From: Dehalococcoidia bacterium
Lineage (GTDB): Bacteria > Chloroflexota > Dehalococcoidia > UBA6926
Length of the DNA: 64,000 bases
Assembly: GCA_963666115.2 (NCBI GenBank)
Contig: CAXXET010000007.1
Coordinates: forward strand, 192,001-256,000
Reading direction: 5' to 3'
The notes beneath the pieces were generated by a model. That model searched no databases, was not told the DNA's origin, and worked only from the letters and a program-made list of their open reading frames with translations. Shown piece after piece: positions 28,963-37,461 of this stretch. Position numbers and translations under genes: made by a program. Within the stretch, counting starts at the first letter, position 1. Every line of letters begins with the position of its first letter.

Positions 28963-29865
28963 TCACTCGCTTTGTTCCAGCACGTCCACCCTAAAGTCCT
29001 CCAGATTTGGCGTGTCGGCCCCCTCGTAGAGAATCTCAAACGGCTTGACATCGCCCTTGAGCGGAGCCCTCGGCATGTAACGCACGACATAGCAATAGGG
29101 TAGGCTATCGCTGGAGTACAGTTGAACAGAAAAGATTAGTTCAGTGGGCGGCAACTGAAATCTTCCACGCTGTGCCCTAGAACCGAAAGCAATTCTCAAC
29201 CCCCTGTTGGACCAGAAACTTAAGACATCCACTTGCGCCTGAGATTGCGGAGCGATAGACCTACTGGTTGGGTACTGCTGCGAGGCGTGGTCGGCCCATG
29301 TCAATTCAACTGGGTAAGGCACGAACTCATATCCGCGGTAGTTGTATGCTGCCCAGTACGCTTGACTAGTTCCAGCAGATGGTGCAGTGCGTTGTCGCGG
29401 CCGCATACCTGTTAGAAGTACTCGGCAGTCTAATGCCCGCGAATTCGACTGATTCGCAACAGTTATGTGCAGGTATTCCGTATCTATCAATGCATCCGCA
29501 AGCTTTTCGTTCAAATCGTCCGATTTGCGGATGTCCACGACACGTAATTTCGGCTTAAGCGCCTCACGCATGGTGGCCAATTCTCGCCGCGCTTCATTGC
29601 GCTGAGCAAAGGGCGCCTTTGCGGACGCAAACAAGAACGGCAACAGAAGGAAAGACAGTAATCCCAGCGTCGCTATCAGCGGTAGTGGCCAACTGACATT
29701 CGATAGAGTTGCTAAAGCAATCAGGAGGGCCAACAACGCGTCGAGAATCAGGAACACAGCGGATCGAAGTAGATTCGTTCCATCCTTCCATGTCCGAACC
29801 AGAATGCCTTGTGAAAGGTCGGTCGTTTGTGTCGACCGACCTTTCGGGCTGTTTGCCAACATCAT
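28963..29865 (-). CDS. Hypothetical membrane protein (two N-terminal TM helices, beta-rich C-terminal domain)
   Basis: 300-aa ORF with AAGGAGA RBS, two hydrophobic segments, lower GC. Confidence 0.65.
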   Translation of the reverse strand: MMLANSPKGRSTQTTDLSQGILVRTWKDGTNLLRSAVFLILDALLALLIALATLSNVSWPLPLIATLGLLSFLLLPFLFASAKAPFAQRNEARRELATMREALKPKLRVVDIRKSDDLNEKLADALIDTEYLHITVANQSNSRALDCRVLLTGMRPRQRTAPSAGTSQAYWAAYNYRGYEFVPYPVELTWADHASQQYPTSRSIAPQSQAQVDVLSFWSNRGLRIAFGSRAQRGRFQLPPTELIFSVQLYSSDSLPYCYVVRYMPRAPLKGDVKPFEILYEGADTPNLEDFRVDVLEQSE

Positions 29866-29957
29866 TGGTCATCTCCTTGTCGTGCGTCCAATGTAGCGTC
29901 TTTGGTTGGGTGGCGCGAGTGAGGATGGATTCCAGGCGGCGACGGAAGAACGGAAAG

Positions 29958-30080
29958 GTCATCCTTCGACGGGCTCAGGGGGAACGGCGGGCGGCGGGAG
30001 ATTCTTCGCTGCGCTCAGAATGACGCCCGATGGATTCCGGCCTCGTATCGAAGCACGGGGCATGCTTTCGCCGGTATGAG
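29958..30080. repeat. Cluster of three hairpin repeats (families C, B, A)
   Basis: CCTTCGACGGGCTCAGGG (cf. 61927-61954); GATTCTTCGCTGCGCTCAGAATGAC at 30000-30024 (identical to 32594-32618); CCCGATGGATTCCGGC...GCTTTCGCCGG (cf. 61958). Confidence 0.85.
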
Positions 30081-30120
30081 TGGCAGGCAAGGCCGTAGCG
30101 ATCGCGCGGGTCGCCCCTCA

Positions 30121-31629
30121 CTATTCGCAAAGGGACATGCTGCCATAGTAGTCGAACCTCAGAAGCGGAATGTACGGGAAGCACCCAGTCAGGTTGTTGC
30201 GCGCGAGTAGAAACTCCTCCAGGTTGACCAGGTTACCCAGTTGCGGCGGTATCTCACCGCTCAGGTTATTGTCCCGGATGTTCACCCATATCAGATTGGT
30301 CAGATTGCCCAGTTCCGGGGGTATCTCGCCGCTGAGTTCATTACGGTGAATGTACAACCTACGCAGATTGGCCAGGCTGCCGAGTTCCGGGGGTATCGCG
30401 CCACTCAACTGGTTATCCTCAAGACTCAGTTCCTGCAGGCTGGTGAGGTTGCCAAGTTCGGGCGGTATCTCGCCGCTCAGTTGGTTGTCTGCAAGATCCA
30501 GGGATGTGAGGCTGGCAAGGTTGCCGAATTCGAGTGGTATCTCACCGCTCAACTGGTTCTCCTCAAGATTCAAGATGCTGAGGTTGCCGAGGTTGCCAAG
30601 TTCGGGCGGTATCTCGCCCCTCAACTGATTCTCTCCAAGATACAGCTGCCACAGGCTGGTAAGGCTGCCGAGTTCGGGCGGTATCTCTCCGCTCAACTGG
30701 TTACCCAAAAGACTCAAAGACTTCAAGTTAGCTAGCTTTCCAAGTTCCGGTGGTATCTCTCCGCCCAACTGGGTCCACGTAAGGTTCAGGTGTTCCAGGT
30801 TGGCCAGATCGCCGAGTTCAGACGGTATCTCACCACTTAACTGATTCCGCGCGAGACCCAGGTATTCCAAGTTGGCCAGATCGCCGAGTTCAGACGGTAT
30901 CTCACCACTTAACTGATTCCCATGGAGATTCAGGTATTCCAGGTTGGTGAGACCGCCGAGTTCAGGCGGTATCTCACCGCTCAACTGATTCCACTCGAGA
31001 TTCAGGTACTCCAGGCTGGCCAGAGCGCCGAGTTCAGACGGCATCTCGCCGCTCAACTGATTCTGCTGGAGATTCAGATACTCCAGGTTGGCGAGATTGC
31101 CCAGTTCAGGCGGTATCTCGCCAGTCAACCCCTTCCGCGCGAGGTCCAGGAATTTCAGGTTGGCAAGTTTGCCGAGTTCAGGCGGGAACTCGCCAACCAA
31201 TGGGAATTTGGTGAAATCCAGTTTAGTCACACGGCCACCAGCATCGACGGTAACACCGAACCACTCCTCGATAGGATGATCGCTTAGCCACTTGTGATCG
31301 CTCGGCCAAGCGTTGTGGTGGGCGTACACCGACCATTTTGGGCCGCTCGTGGCGTTGTAAAGCGCCACGAGAACATCCCTGTCTGCGGCGGCGAGTTCCT
31401 CGGGGGTGGGTGTTGGCGTGGGAGTGGGGCGCGGCGTTGGCGTGGGAGTGGCCGTCGGCACGCGCGTCGGCGACGCGGTGGGCGTGTGGGTGGGCAGCGC
31501 GGTGGGGGTGGGCGCGGGTGTCGGAGGCGTCGGTTCAGGCGTGTGGGGATTCTCGCTGCACGCAGCGAGGGCGAGCACGAGAACTGCAATGAGGAGCAGG
31601 GGCGCAAAGGCGCGATGGAGGGCAATCAT
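30121..31629 (-). CDS. Leucine-rich-repeat lipoprotein with plant-type 24-aa LRRs and Pro/Thr linker
   Basis: Lipobox LAAC, (PT)n linker, DRDVLVALYNAT..W cap, about 14 repeats of LxxNQLSGEIPPELGxLxxLxxL. Confidence 0.92.
   Translation of the reverse strand: MIALHRAFAPLLLIAVLVLALAACSENPHTPEPTPPTPAPTPTALPTHTPTASPTRVPTATPTPTPRPTPTPTPTPEELAAADRDVLVALYNATSGPKWSVYAHHNAWPSDHKWLSDHPIEEWFGVTVDAGGRVTKLDFTKFPLVGEFPPELGKLANLKFLDLARKGLTGEIPPELGNLANLEYLNLQQNQLSGEMPSELGALASLEYLNLEWNQLSGEIPPELGGLTNLEYLNLHGNQLSGEIPSELGDLANLEYLGLARNQLSGEIPSELGDLANLEHLNLTWTQLGGEIPPELGKLANLKSLSLLGNQLSGEIPPELGSLTSLWQLYLGENQLRGEIPPELGNLGNLSILNLEENQLSGEIPLEFGNLASLTSLDLADNQLSGEIPPELGNLTSLQELSLEDNQLSGAIPPELGSLANLRRLYIHRNELSGEIPPELGNLTNLIWVNIRDNNLSGEIPPQLGNLVNLEEFLLARNNLTGCFPYIPLLRFDYYGSMSLCE
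30180..31200. repeat. 72-bp coding tandem repeat (LRR units)
   Basis: Periodic AGTTC.GG.GGTATCTC.CC.CTCAACTG; 30799-30848 is identical to 30871-30920. Confidence 0.9.
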
Positions 31630-31881
31630 GCTTCAAGGATAGCCTACTACTCCCCACCCCATCCGGGCCGCGCTGGAGTCGCGCATGGGTGGGAGTGACG
31701 AAGCTCCGCAACATGCGTATGATGGATAAGTGACACGGGAGTTTCGATCCCTGTTGCAGACAGGTGGGGCTGTACGTCGAAGATGGCATCGTGCTGGATG
31801 GGACGCGGCCGGTTTCGCCCAACGGCGATACTGGTCTACAATGACGTGCAGCAAGGAAGAGTATTCGTGGCGAGGTGATCT

Positions 31882-32250
31882 ATGGATCGCGTGATTGTCC
31901 TGCTTGAGCCGTCGTTCTTTGAGCATCAGGAGAACGACCGTTTCGCTGCGCGCTTTCCTCAACTGGGGCTGACTTCCTTTGGCACGACGCGAGACGAAGC
32001 CCTGGAGTCGCTGAAGCGTCTGTTCGTCACGTTCGTGCGTGTGCGGCGAGAGAACGGCACGCTTGAAGAGTTCCTAAACGCGGCGGGCGTTGAATGGTAC
32101 CCGGAATCCGAGTATCCCTCCAACAAGGGCGACGTGGAGTACCTTGCTGGGCCGCCTGCGCCCAGCATGGACGCACGGGGCCTTTATGCCACCCTGATGA
32201 AGGGGAACTGGAAGGCCACCGATAAGCACGCCCTACCCTTGGCAGCATAG
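31882..32250 (+). CDS. HicB-like antitoxin fold protein
   Basis: FAARFPQLGLTSFGTTRDEALESLK matches the HicB N-terminal pattern; GAGGTG RBS. Confidence 0.7.
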   Translation: MDRVIVLLEPSFFEHQENDRFAARFPQLGLTSFGTTRDEALESLKRLFVTFVRVRRENGTLEEFLNAAGVEWYPESEYPSNKGDVEYLAGPPAPSMDARGLYATLMKGNWKATDKHALPLAA

Positions 32251-32550
32251 ATGGAAATCCCCAAGGACTACGTCATTGAGGCGTACCGTCGCCTTGGGTA
32301 TTCTTTGCGCCCCGACTCTGACGACCGCACTCAGCTGATCTTTGACGATGGTCAGGGGATGATGTTCTTCCACCCGCTGCTTGAGGGCGGCTTGGTGGAA
32401 CTACAATTCGCTCTCATGGACATTCAAACCACTGAGGGCATCATGGGCATGGAAGCTGGTTGGGCGCACGATACGTGGTTGCCAAGCTTAGCTGAGGTCT
32501 TGAAAGGGACCGAATTCGAGTTGGACGAGGGCGGCTCCCCCGAAGACTAA
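32251..32550 (+). CDS. Small hypothetical protein coupled to the HicB-like gene (possible divergent HicA-like partner)
   Basis: ATG directly follows the upstream TAG; VIEAYRRLGY...FFHP. Confidence 0.55.
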   Translation: MEIPKDYVIEAYRRLGYSLRPDSDDRTQLIFDDGQGMMFFHPLLEGGLVELQFALMDIQTTEGIMGMEAGWAHDTWLPSLAEVLKGTEFELDEGGSPED

Positions 32551-32561
32551 GCCGCCGGGTT

Positions 32562-32621
32562 TGCCCCCGCCTACGCGGGGGATTCGGAAGGCGGATTCTT
32601 CGCTGCGCTCAGAATGACAGC
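32562..32621. repeat. Composite hairpin repeat, right boundary of accessory cassette
   Basis: 27-mer TGCCCCCGCCTACGCGGGGGATTCGGA (inverted copy of 27416-27442) plus the family B hairpin, which supplies the tsaD stop codon. Confidence 0.85.
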
Positions 32622-33655
32622 GCGGTGTCCCTCGCCATTGTCATGCGGAGGTTGGGGGTGGCGTCCAGCGTGCCGTCGTCGGGTTGGGCGTTGTTTTCTA
32701 TCACGAAGGCGGCGCGGGCGGCGATCATTACCCCATTGTCCGTGCAGAGGCCGGGGCGCGGACGCCATACGGGCATATCGGCTTTGCGGAGGACCTCTTC
32801 GCCCAGCGCGCTGTTTGCCGCCACACCGCCGGACAGCATGACGGACTTCGCTTTCGCGGCTCGCGCCACCTCCAGCAGGCGGTCAGCCAGGCCGGTGACT
32901 GCGATCTGCTGAAAGCCTGCGGCGATGTTGGCGACGTCCCCCTGGCTCAGCGCGTCCGTCCCGCCCCGTTCGTTCACCACGCGGAGCACCGCCGTCTTGA
33001 GGCCGCTGAAACTGAAATCCCATGAGTCCCTGATCAGCGGGCTGGGGAACCGGACGGGATCGGTCGCCTCTTTCGCGACGCGCTCGATGATCGGGCCGCC
33101 GGGATAGCCGAGGCCAAGCAGGCGCGCCACCTTGTCGAACGCCTCGCCCGCGGCATCGTCCCGCGTCTCGCTCAACAGCCGGTAGTTCCCGTGCTCCTCG
33201 ACCAGCACGATGTCCGTATGGCCGCCGGAGACGATGAGCGCGACGGACGGCAGCAGCGGATCGCCGCGCGCCTCACTGTCCCACTGCCCGTCCGCGATCC
33301 AGTTTGCGTAGACGTGGCCCTCCAAGTGGTGGATGCCGTAGAGCGGCAGATTCCACGCCATCGCCAGCGCCTTGGCGAAGTTGACGCCGACCAGCAGGGA
33401 GCCCGCGAGTCCGGGGCCGTACGTGACGGCAATGGCATCGAGGTTCAGGTCGCCGTCATGCCGCTGCATGACGTCACGCAAGAGCGTGGGGAATGTCAGC
33501 AGGTGCTGTCGTGACGCGATTTCCGGAACCACGCCGCCGAACCGCGCGTGGATGTCCGCCTGCGACGACAGGCCATGGACGATGACGCGCCGGCCATCGT
33601 CAACGATGGCGATGCCGGTCTCATCGCAGGACGATTCGATGCCAAGAACTCTCAT
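32609..33655 (-). CDS. tsaD: tRNA N6-adenosine threonylcarbamoyltransferase
   Basis: LGIESSCDET, GGVVPEIASRQH, HHLEGH, VSGGHT, GEAFDK, CTDNG. Confidence 0.97.
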   Translation of the reverse strand: MRVLGIESSCDETGIAIVDDGRRVIVHGLSSQADIHARFGGVVPEIASRQHLLTFPTLLRDVMQRHDGDLNLDAIAVTYGPGLAGSLLVGVNFAKALAMAWNLPLYGIHHLEGHVYANWIADGQWDSEARGDPLLPSVALIVSGGHTDIVLVEEHGNYRLLSETRDDAAGEAFDKVARLLGLGYPGGPIIERVAKEATDPVRFPSPLIRDSWDFSFSGLKTAVLRVVNERGGTDALSQGDVANIAAGFQQIAVTGLADRLLEVARAAKAKSVMLSGGVAANSALGEEVLRKADMPVWRPRPGLCTDNGVMIAARAAFVIENNAQPDDGTLDATPNLRMTMARDTALSF

Positions 33656-34287
33656 GCGAACTGGAGCATCAACATGGCGAATTCATTTTCCTCCGCCGCC
33701 ATGCGGTAGAGGGAGCGCATTGCGGGATCGATGCCGGACTTGATGATCGTCGAGATGTGATCCTCTTCGACGATTTCCGGCATGTGAGACCAGCCGATCA
33801 CGATGGTATCGCCTGCCTCAACCTGCTCGTTGGCGACGTAGATGGGCACCTCGCCCTCGTCTCCGAGCGCGCCGCTCACATTGTCCGGCGTCACGTATCC
33901 CGGATAGTAGAGCTGCTCGCTCGTCACGACCCAGGAGACGGCCGGCCCGGCCCACGCAAAGTAGACCTCATTCCCGGTGATGGCGGCCAGCGCTGCGCCG
34001 GCGCGCCACCCGCGCACCGAGTAGCCGCTGAGGGTCAACTGCGCGGCCTCGATGGCGTTCTGCAGATAGCGTGTCGTCGAGAGCCGCCGCTGCGCGCTCA
34101 GCGCGTCTTCAATCGCCTCCCAGACGATGTCAGAGACCGTCGTTACGGGGCCTGAGACGACCTCAACCAGGCCGTAGACGGCATCGAGCCCGTCTCGCCG
34201 GCCCTCATTCCAGACGCGGATATAGGGGGCAAGCGGCTGGGCCTCGCCGCCCGTGATGCTGAAACTGGCCGTCGTGTGTGCTGCCAT
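33652..34287 (-). CDS. Hypothetical protein, degenerate PP2C-like fold
   Basis: LQNAIEAA...VYFAWAGP...ALG...GDTIVI pattern without the catalytic DG motifs; stop overlaps the tsaD start. Confidence 0.55.
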   Translation of the reverse strand: MAAHTTASFSITGGEAQPLAPYIRVWNEGRRDGLDAVYGLVEVVSGPVTTVSDIVWEAIEDALSAQRRLSTTRYLQNAIEAAQLTLSGYSVRGWRAGAALAAITGNEVYFAWAGPAVSWVVTSEQLYYPGYVTPDNVSGALGDEGEVPIYVANEQVEAGDTIVIGWSHMPEIVEEDHISTIIKSGIDPAMRSLYRMAAEENEFAMLMLQFA

Positions 34288-34438
34288 CCAAAAAGTCTCC
34301 GCGCTCGTGTGCCGGATTCCCCTTAATCATACCAGTGGGGTCTATTGGCGCAGACACAGGCAATCACCCGCCGCATGGGATGTAGAATAGTCACCTAGAG
34401 GGGCACACGGCTCCTATCGAGAGGAGAATCACGCGGAC

Positions 34439-35701
34439 ATGCAGGAAGTCGAAACCATTAGCCTTGTGCTATTGGGGCTTTCCTTTCTCTTTTCGGCAAT
34501 CTTCTCAGGCACGGAGGCGGCTTTCCTGGCGTCTCAACCACATCGCCTGAGGCACCGCGCCGAGAATGGTTCGCGGGGGGCGCGCATCGCGGCGCGGATG
34601 AAGGAGAGGCCGGAGCGGTTCCTCTCCACGCTGCTGGTCGGCAACAACCTCACCAACACGGCTGCAGCGGCCATCGCAACCAGCATCGCCCTGACGCTGC
34701 TCGATAATTCGGAGCAGGGTCTTGTCGCCGCCACGGTCATCACCACAATCGCCCTGCTTGTCTTCGCGGAAATCACGCCGAAGACAGTCGGCGCGCGCCA
34801 CGCGGAGCGCGTGATGGTGGTCGCCGCGCCGCCGTTCCGCGTGTTCTCGTTCGTTTTCGCGCCCGTGACGATCGTGTTCACGATGTTCGCGGGGTTCGTG
34901 GCGTGGGTGACGGGCGGGACGCGCCGCGCCGTGGTGGACACGCAGGAGTTCCGCGCAATGATCAGGGCCGGCGTGGAACAGGGCACCGTGGAGGAGCGGG
35001 AGGCGGAACTGGTTCAAAAGGTGTTCCAGTTCGGCGACCGCATGGTGCGGGAGATCATGACGCCGCGGACGGAGATCATCTGGGTGAGGAACGGAACGAC
35101 GCTTGCGGAGTTTCTTGAAATCTACGCCCGGCATTCTCATTCCCACTTCCCGGTCCAGGGCGATGAGCCGGACGGCGTCGCGGGAATCCTCTCCATCAAG
35201 AGCGTCCTCCACAAGCACGCCCAGGGTGAACTCACCATGAACAGCTCCGTCACAACAGACCTGCGCGAGACGCACTTCGTGCCGGAGACCAAGATGATCG
35301 ACGACCTCATGGACGAGATGCGCACGCAGCGGTCGCGGATGGTGATGGTCGTCGACGAGTTCGGCGACATCTCCGGCCTAGTGACGCTCAGCCGCGCCAT
35401 CGAGCTCATCGTCGGACGCGTCGATGACCCCGGCGATCCGCAGGCGTTCCAGGCGGTGGATGAGCGCACGGTGCGCGTGGACGGCATCATGCACATCGAC
35501 GAGCTGGCGGAGCAGCTTAACATCCACCTGCCGGACGGGGACGGCGAGTATGAGACCATCGCGGGCTTCGTGCTCAAGCAGCTTGGGCGGATTCCCGAAG
35601 AGGGAGAGGCCATCGTCCACGGCCCCTACGAAATCACAGTGGCGCAGATCCACGGCGCGCGCATCGACGAGGTCACCGTACGCACGGAGGACGCAGGGTG
35701 A
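34439..35701 (+). CDS. Hemolysin/CNNM family protein (DUF21-CBS-CBS-CorC)
   Basis: SAIFSGTEAA, LLVGNN, FAEITPK, REIMTPR, VDEFG, ETIAG. Confidence 0.93.
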   Translation: MQEVETISLVLLGLSFLFSAIFSGTEAAFLASQPHRLRHRAENGSRGARIAARMKERPERFLSTLLVGNNLTNTAAAAIATSIALTLLDNSEQGLVAATVITTIALLVFAEITPKTVGARHAERVMVVAAPPFRVFSFVFAPVTIVFTMFAGFVAWVTGGTRRAVVDTQEFRAMIRAGVEQGTVEEREAELVQKVFQFGDRMVREIMTPRTEIIWVRNGTTLAEFLEIYARHSHSHFPVQGDEPDGVAGILSIKSVLHKHAQGELTMNSSVTTDLRETHFVPETKMIDDLMDEMRTQRSRMVMVVDEFGDISGLVTLSRAIELIVGRVDDPGDPQAFQAVDERTVRVDGIMHIDELAEQLNIHLPDGDGEYETIAGFVLKQLGRIPEEGEAIVHGPYEITVAQIHGARIDEVTVRTEDAG

Positions 35702-35732
35702 GGGGAATAGTGAACATTCTTGGAGGGGTTGG

Positions 35733-36809
35733 GTGGAAAACATCAAACTATGGGAACTAGCCGGAACTCAGGCCAAGCCGTTGGGTTCGAATGAGAAGTT
35801 GAAGTCCGAGAAGTCATTTGAAGATACCCTCGTCGAGAACCCGGAACTGCTGCTCGACGGCCTGACACTGGTGGGACGGCAGACTCCCACCGAAGGTGGA
35901 CGAGCGCTTGATCTGCTGGGTGTAGATTCGGACGGCAAGCTGGTCGTGTTCGAGTTGAAGCGCGACATGCTGTCGCGTGACGCCGTCGCGCAAATCATTG
36001 ATTACGCATCCTTTCTCGACAATCTGGATCTCGATGCCCTCGCCGAGCACATCTCGGAAAAGTCAGGCGCTCACGGCATTGCTAACATCGATAACTTTCA
36101 AGAGTGGTACAGCAGCGAGGGTTTCGAGGAGTTGGAGTCGCTGAAACCGCTGCGCTTGTTCCTGGTCGGGCTGGGGGCGGACGAGCGAACGGAGCGCATG
36201 GTGAGGTTCCTCGCCCAGAACAGCGGCATGGACATCTCGATGCTCACCTTTCACGCGTTCGACTACGACGGCAAGACCATCCTTGCCAAGCAAGTGGAGG
36301 TGGAAGCAGCCGCCGAACCCGATCGCCGCCCCAGAAAACGGCGGCGGACCCAAGAAGAGCTAAACCGGGACTTCGACGAGAAGATGGAAAAGTATGGGAC
36401 GCGTGATCTCGTCGATGCAGCTCACCGAATGTTCAACGAACATTGGCCGGGAGTGACAGGACGCCCAGACCGCTTTGGACTCCACATTAGATTTCCCCAT
36501 ACAGATCGCCGTAAAGGATATACGCCACATGCACGCATTGACGCCTGGAGAGACGAAACAATAAGCGTAGTCTTCTTCCGCCGTACCAAGGCACTGTGCC
36601 TGGATGAGTTCAGAGAACCCGTACAAGAGATTCCATATGCAACCTGGCCGAAAAATCGAGACCCTTTGGACGACCCCAGGGCAGAGATTCAGTTCCACCT
36701 GACCCTGCAAAGCTGGGACACTCACAAGGAACGCCTGACCGCTTTGCTGCAAGCCATCTACGCGGCATGGCAAAACGACAATCAGAATAATGGGGCGGAA
36801 TCGGACTAA
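35733..36809 (+). CDS. NucS/PD-(D/E)XK-like endonuclease domain protein
   Basis: GTG after GGAGG; EKSFED...VGRQ...LDLLGVD..G.LVVFELKR...AVAQIIDYA. Confidence 0.78.
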   Translation: MENIKLWELAGTQAKPLGSNEKLKSEKSFEDTLVENPELLLDGLTLVGRQTPTEGGRALDLLGVDSDGKLVVFELKRDMLSRDAVAQIIDYASFLDNLDLDALAEHISEKSGAHGIANIDNFQEWYSSEGFEELESLKPLRLFLVGLGADERTERMVRFLAQNSGMDISMLTFHAFDYDGKTILAKQVEVEAAAEPDRRPRKRRRTQEELNRDFDEKMEKYGTRDLVDAAHRMFNEHWPGVTGRPDRFGLHIRFPHTDRRKGYTPHARIDAWRDETISVVFFRRTKALCLDEFREPVQEIPYATWPKNRDPLDDPRAEIQFHLTLQSWDTHKERLTALLQAIYAAWQNDNQNNGAESD

Positions 36810-37454
36810 ATGAACCTGTACCTGGTGCGGCATGGGGAGACGGAGTGGAACCGCGAGGGGCGCGCGCAGGGACGCGCCGACGTTCCGCTCAACGAGGCCG
36901 GTATCGCGCAGTCGCTGGCGCTGGCGGCCAACTTTGCCTCTCTGAACGTATCAGCAGTTATGTCGAGTTCTTCGCGGCGGGCAGTCCGTACCGCAGAGGC
37001 TATCGCTGCGCCGCACGATCTCGTCGTGACACCAAATGATGACCTTTTAGAGCTCAATTTCGGCGGGCTGGACGGCGCGCCCTTGCGGGATATGCGCGAG
37101 ATGTTCCCGGATTTCTTCGAGCATTGGACCCGTGATCCCGCCACGGCGCAGTTCCCGGACGGCGGCGAGACGCTCCAACAGCTCCAGGACAGGACCTGGG
37201 CCGTCGTAGAGGCGGTCGCGCGGTCGCGCGAGGCGCAGGACAACGTGATCATCGTGTCCCACGCCTTTGCCCTGTATTCAATCATGTGCCGCGCGCTGGG
37301 GATGCCGCTGTCCAACTACGGGCGGCTGCGAATCACGCCGGGTTCGTACAGCCTCCTCGTGTCGCGCGCGCTGAATGTCATTGGGCCTGCGGATGAGTTG
37401 CAGTGGGCGCTGACAAGCCTCAACGTCACGCCTGCCCCAACCGCGGCCAACTAG
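36810..37454 (+). CDS. Histidine phosphatase family protein
   Basis: LVRHGET, RAVRTA, GGE, VSH motifs. Confidence 0.92.
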   Translation: MNLYLVRHGETEWNREGRAQGRADVPLNEAGIAQSLALAANFASLNVSAVMSSSSRRAVRTAEAIAAPHDLVVTPNDDLLELNFGGLDGAPLRDMREMFPDFFEHWTRDPATAQFPDGGETLQQLQDRTWAVVEAVARSREAQDNVIIVSHAFALYSIMCRALGMPLSNYGRLRITPGSYSLLVSRALNVIGPADELQWALTSLNVTPAPTAAN

Positions 37455-37461
37455 CTTCGCC

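Noticed and set aside
30180-31200. Regular 72-bp periodicity resembling a CRISPR array
   Set aside because: Repeats are in-frame LRR codons with third-position variation; no unique spacers or cas genes.
31630-31881. Possible sRNA or second HicB remnant between LRR and HicB
   Set aside because: One imperfect hairpin and only weak fragmentary peptide similarity; not supportable.
35424-35732. N-terminal extension of the NucS-like ORF
   Set aside because: Overlaps the CNNM gene in another frame; RBS plus GTG at 35733 is the better start.
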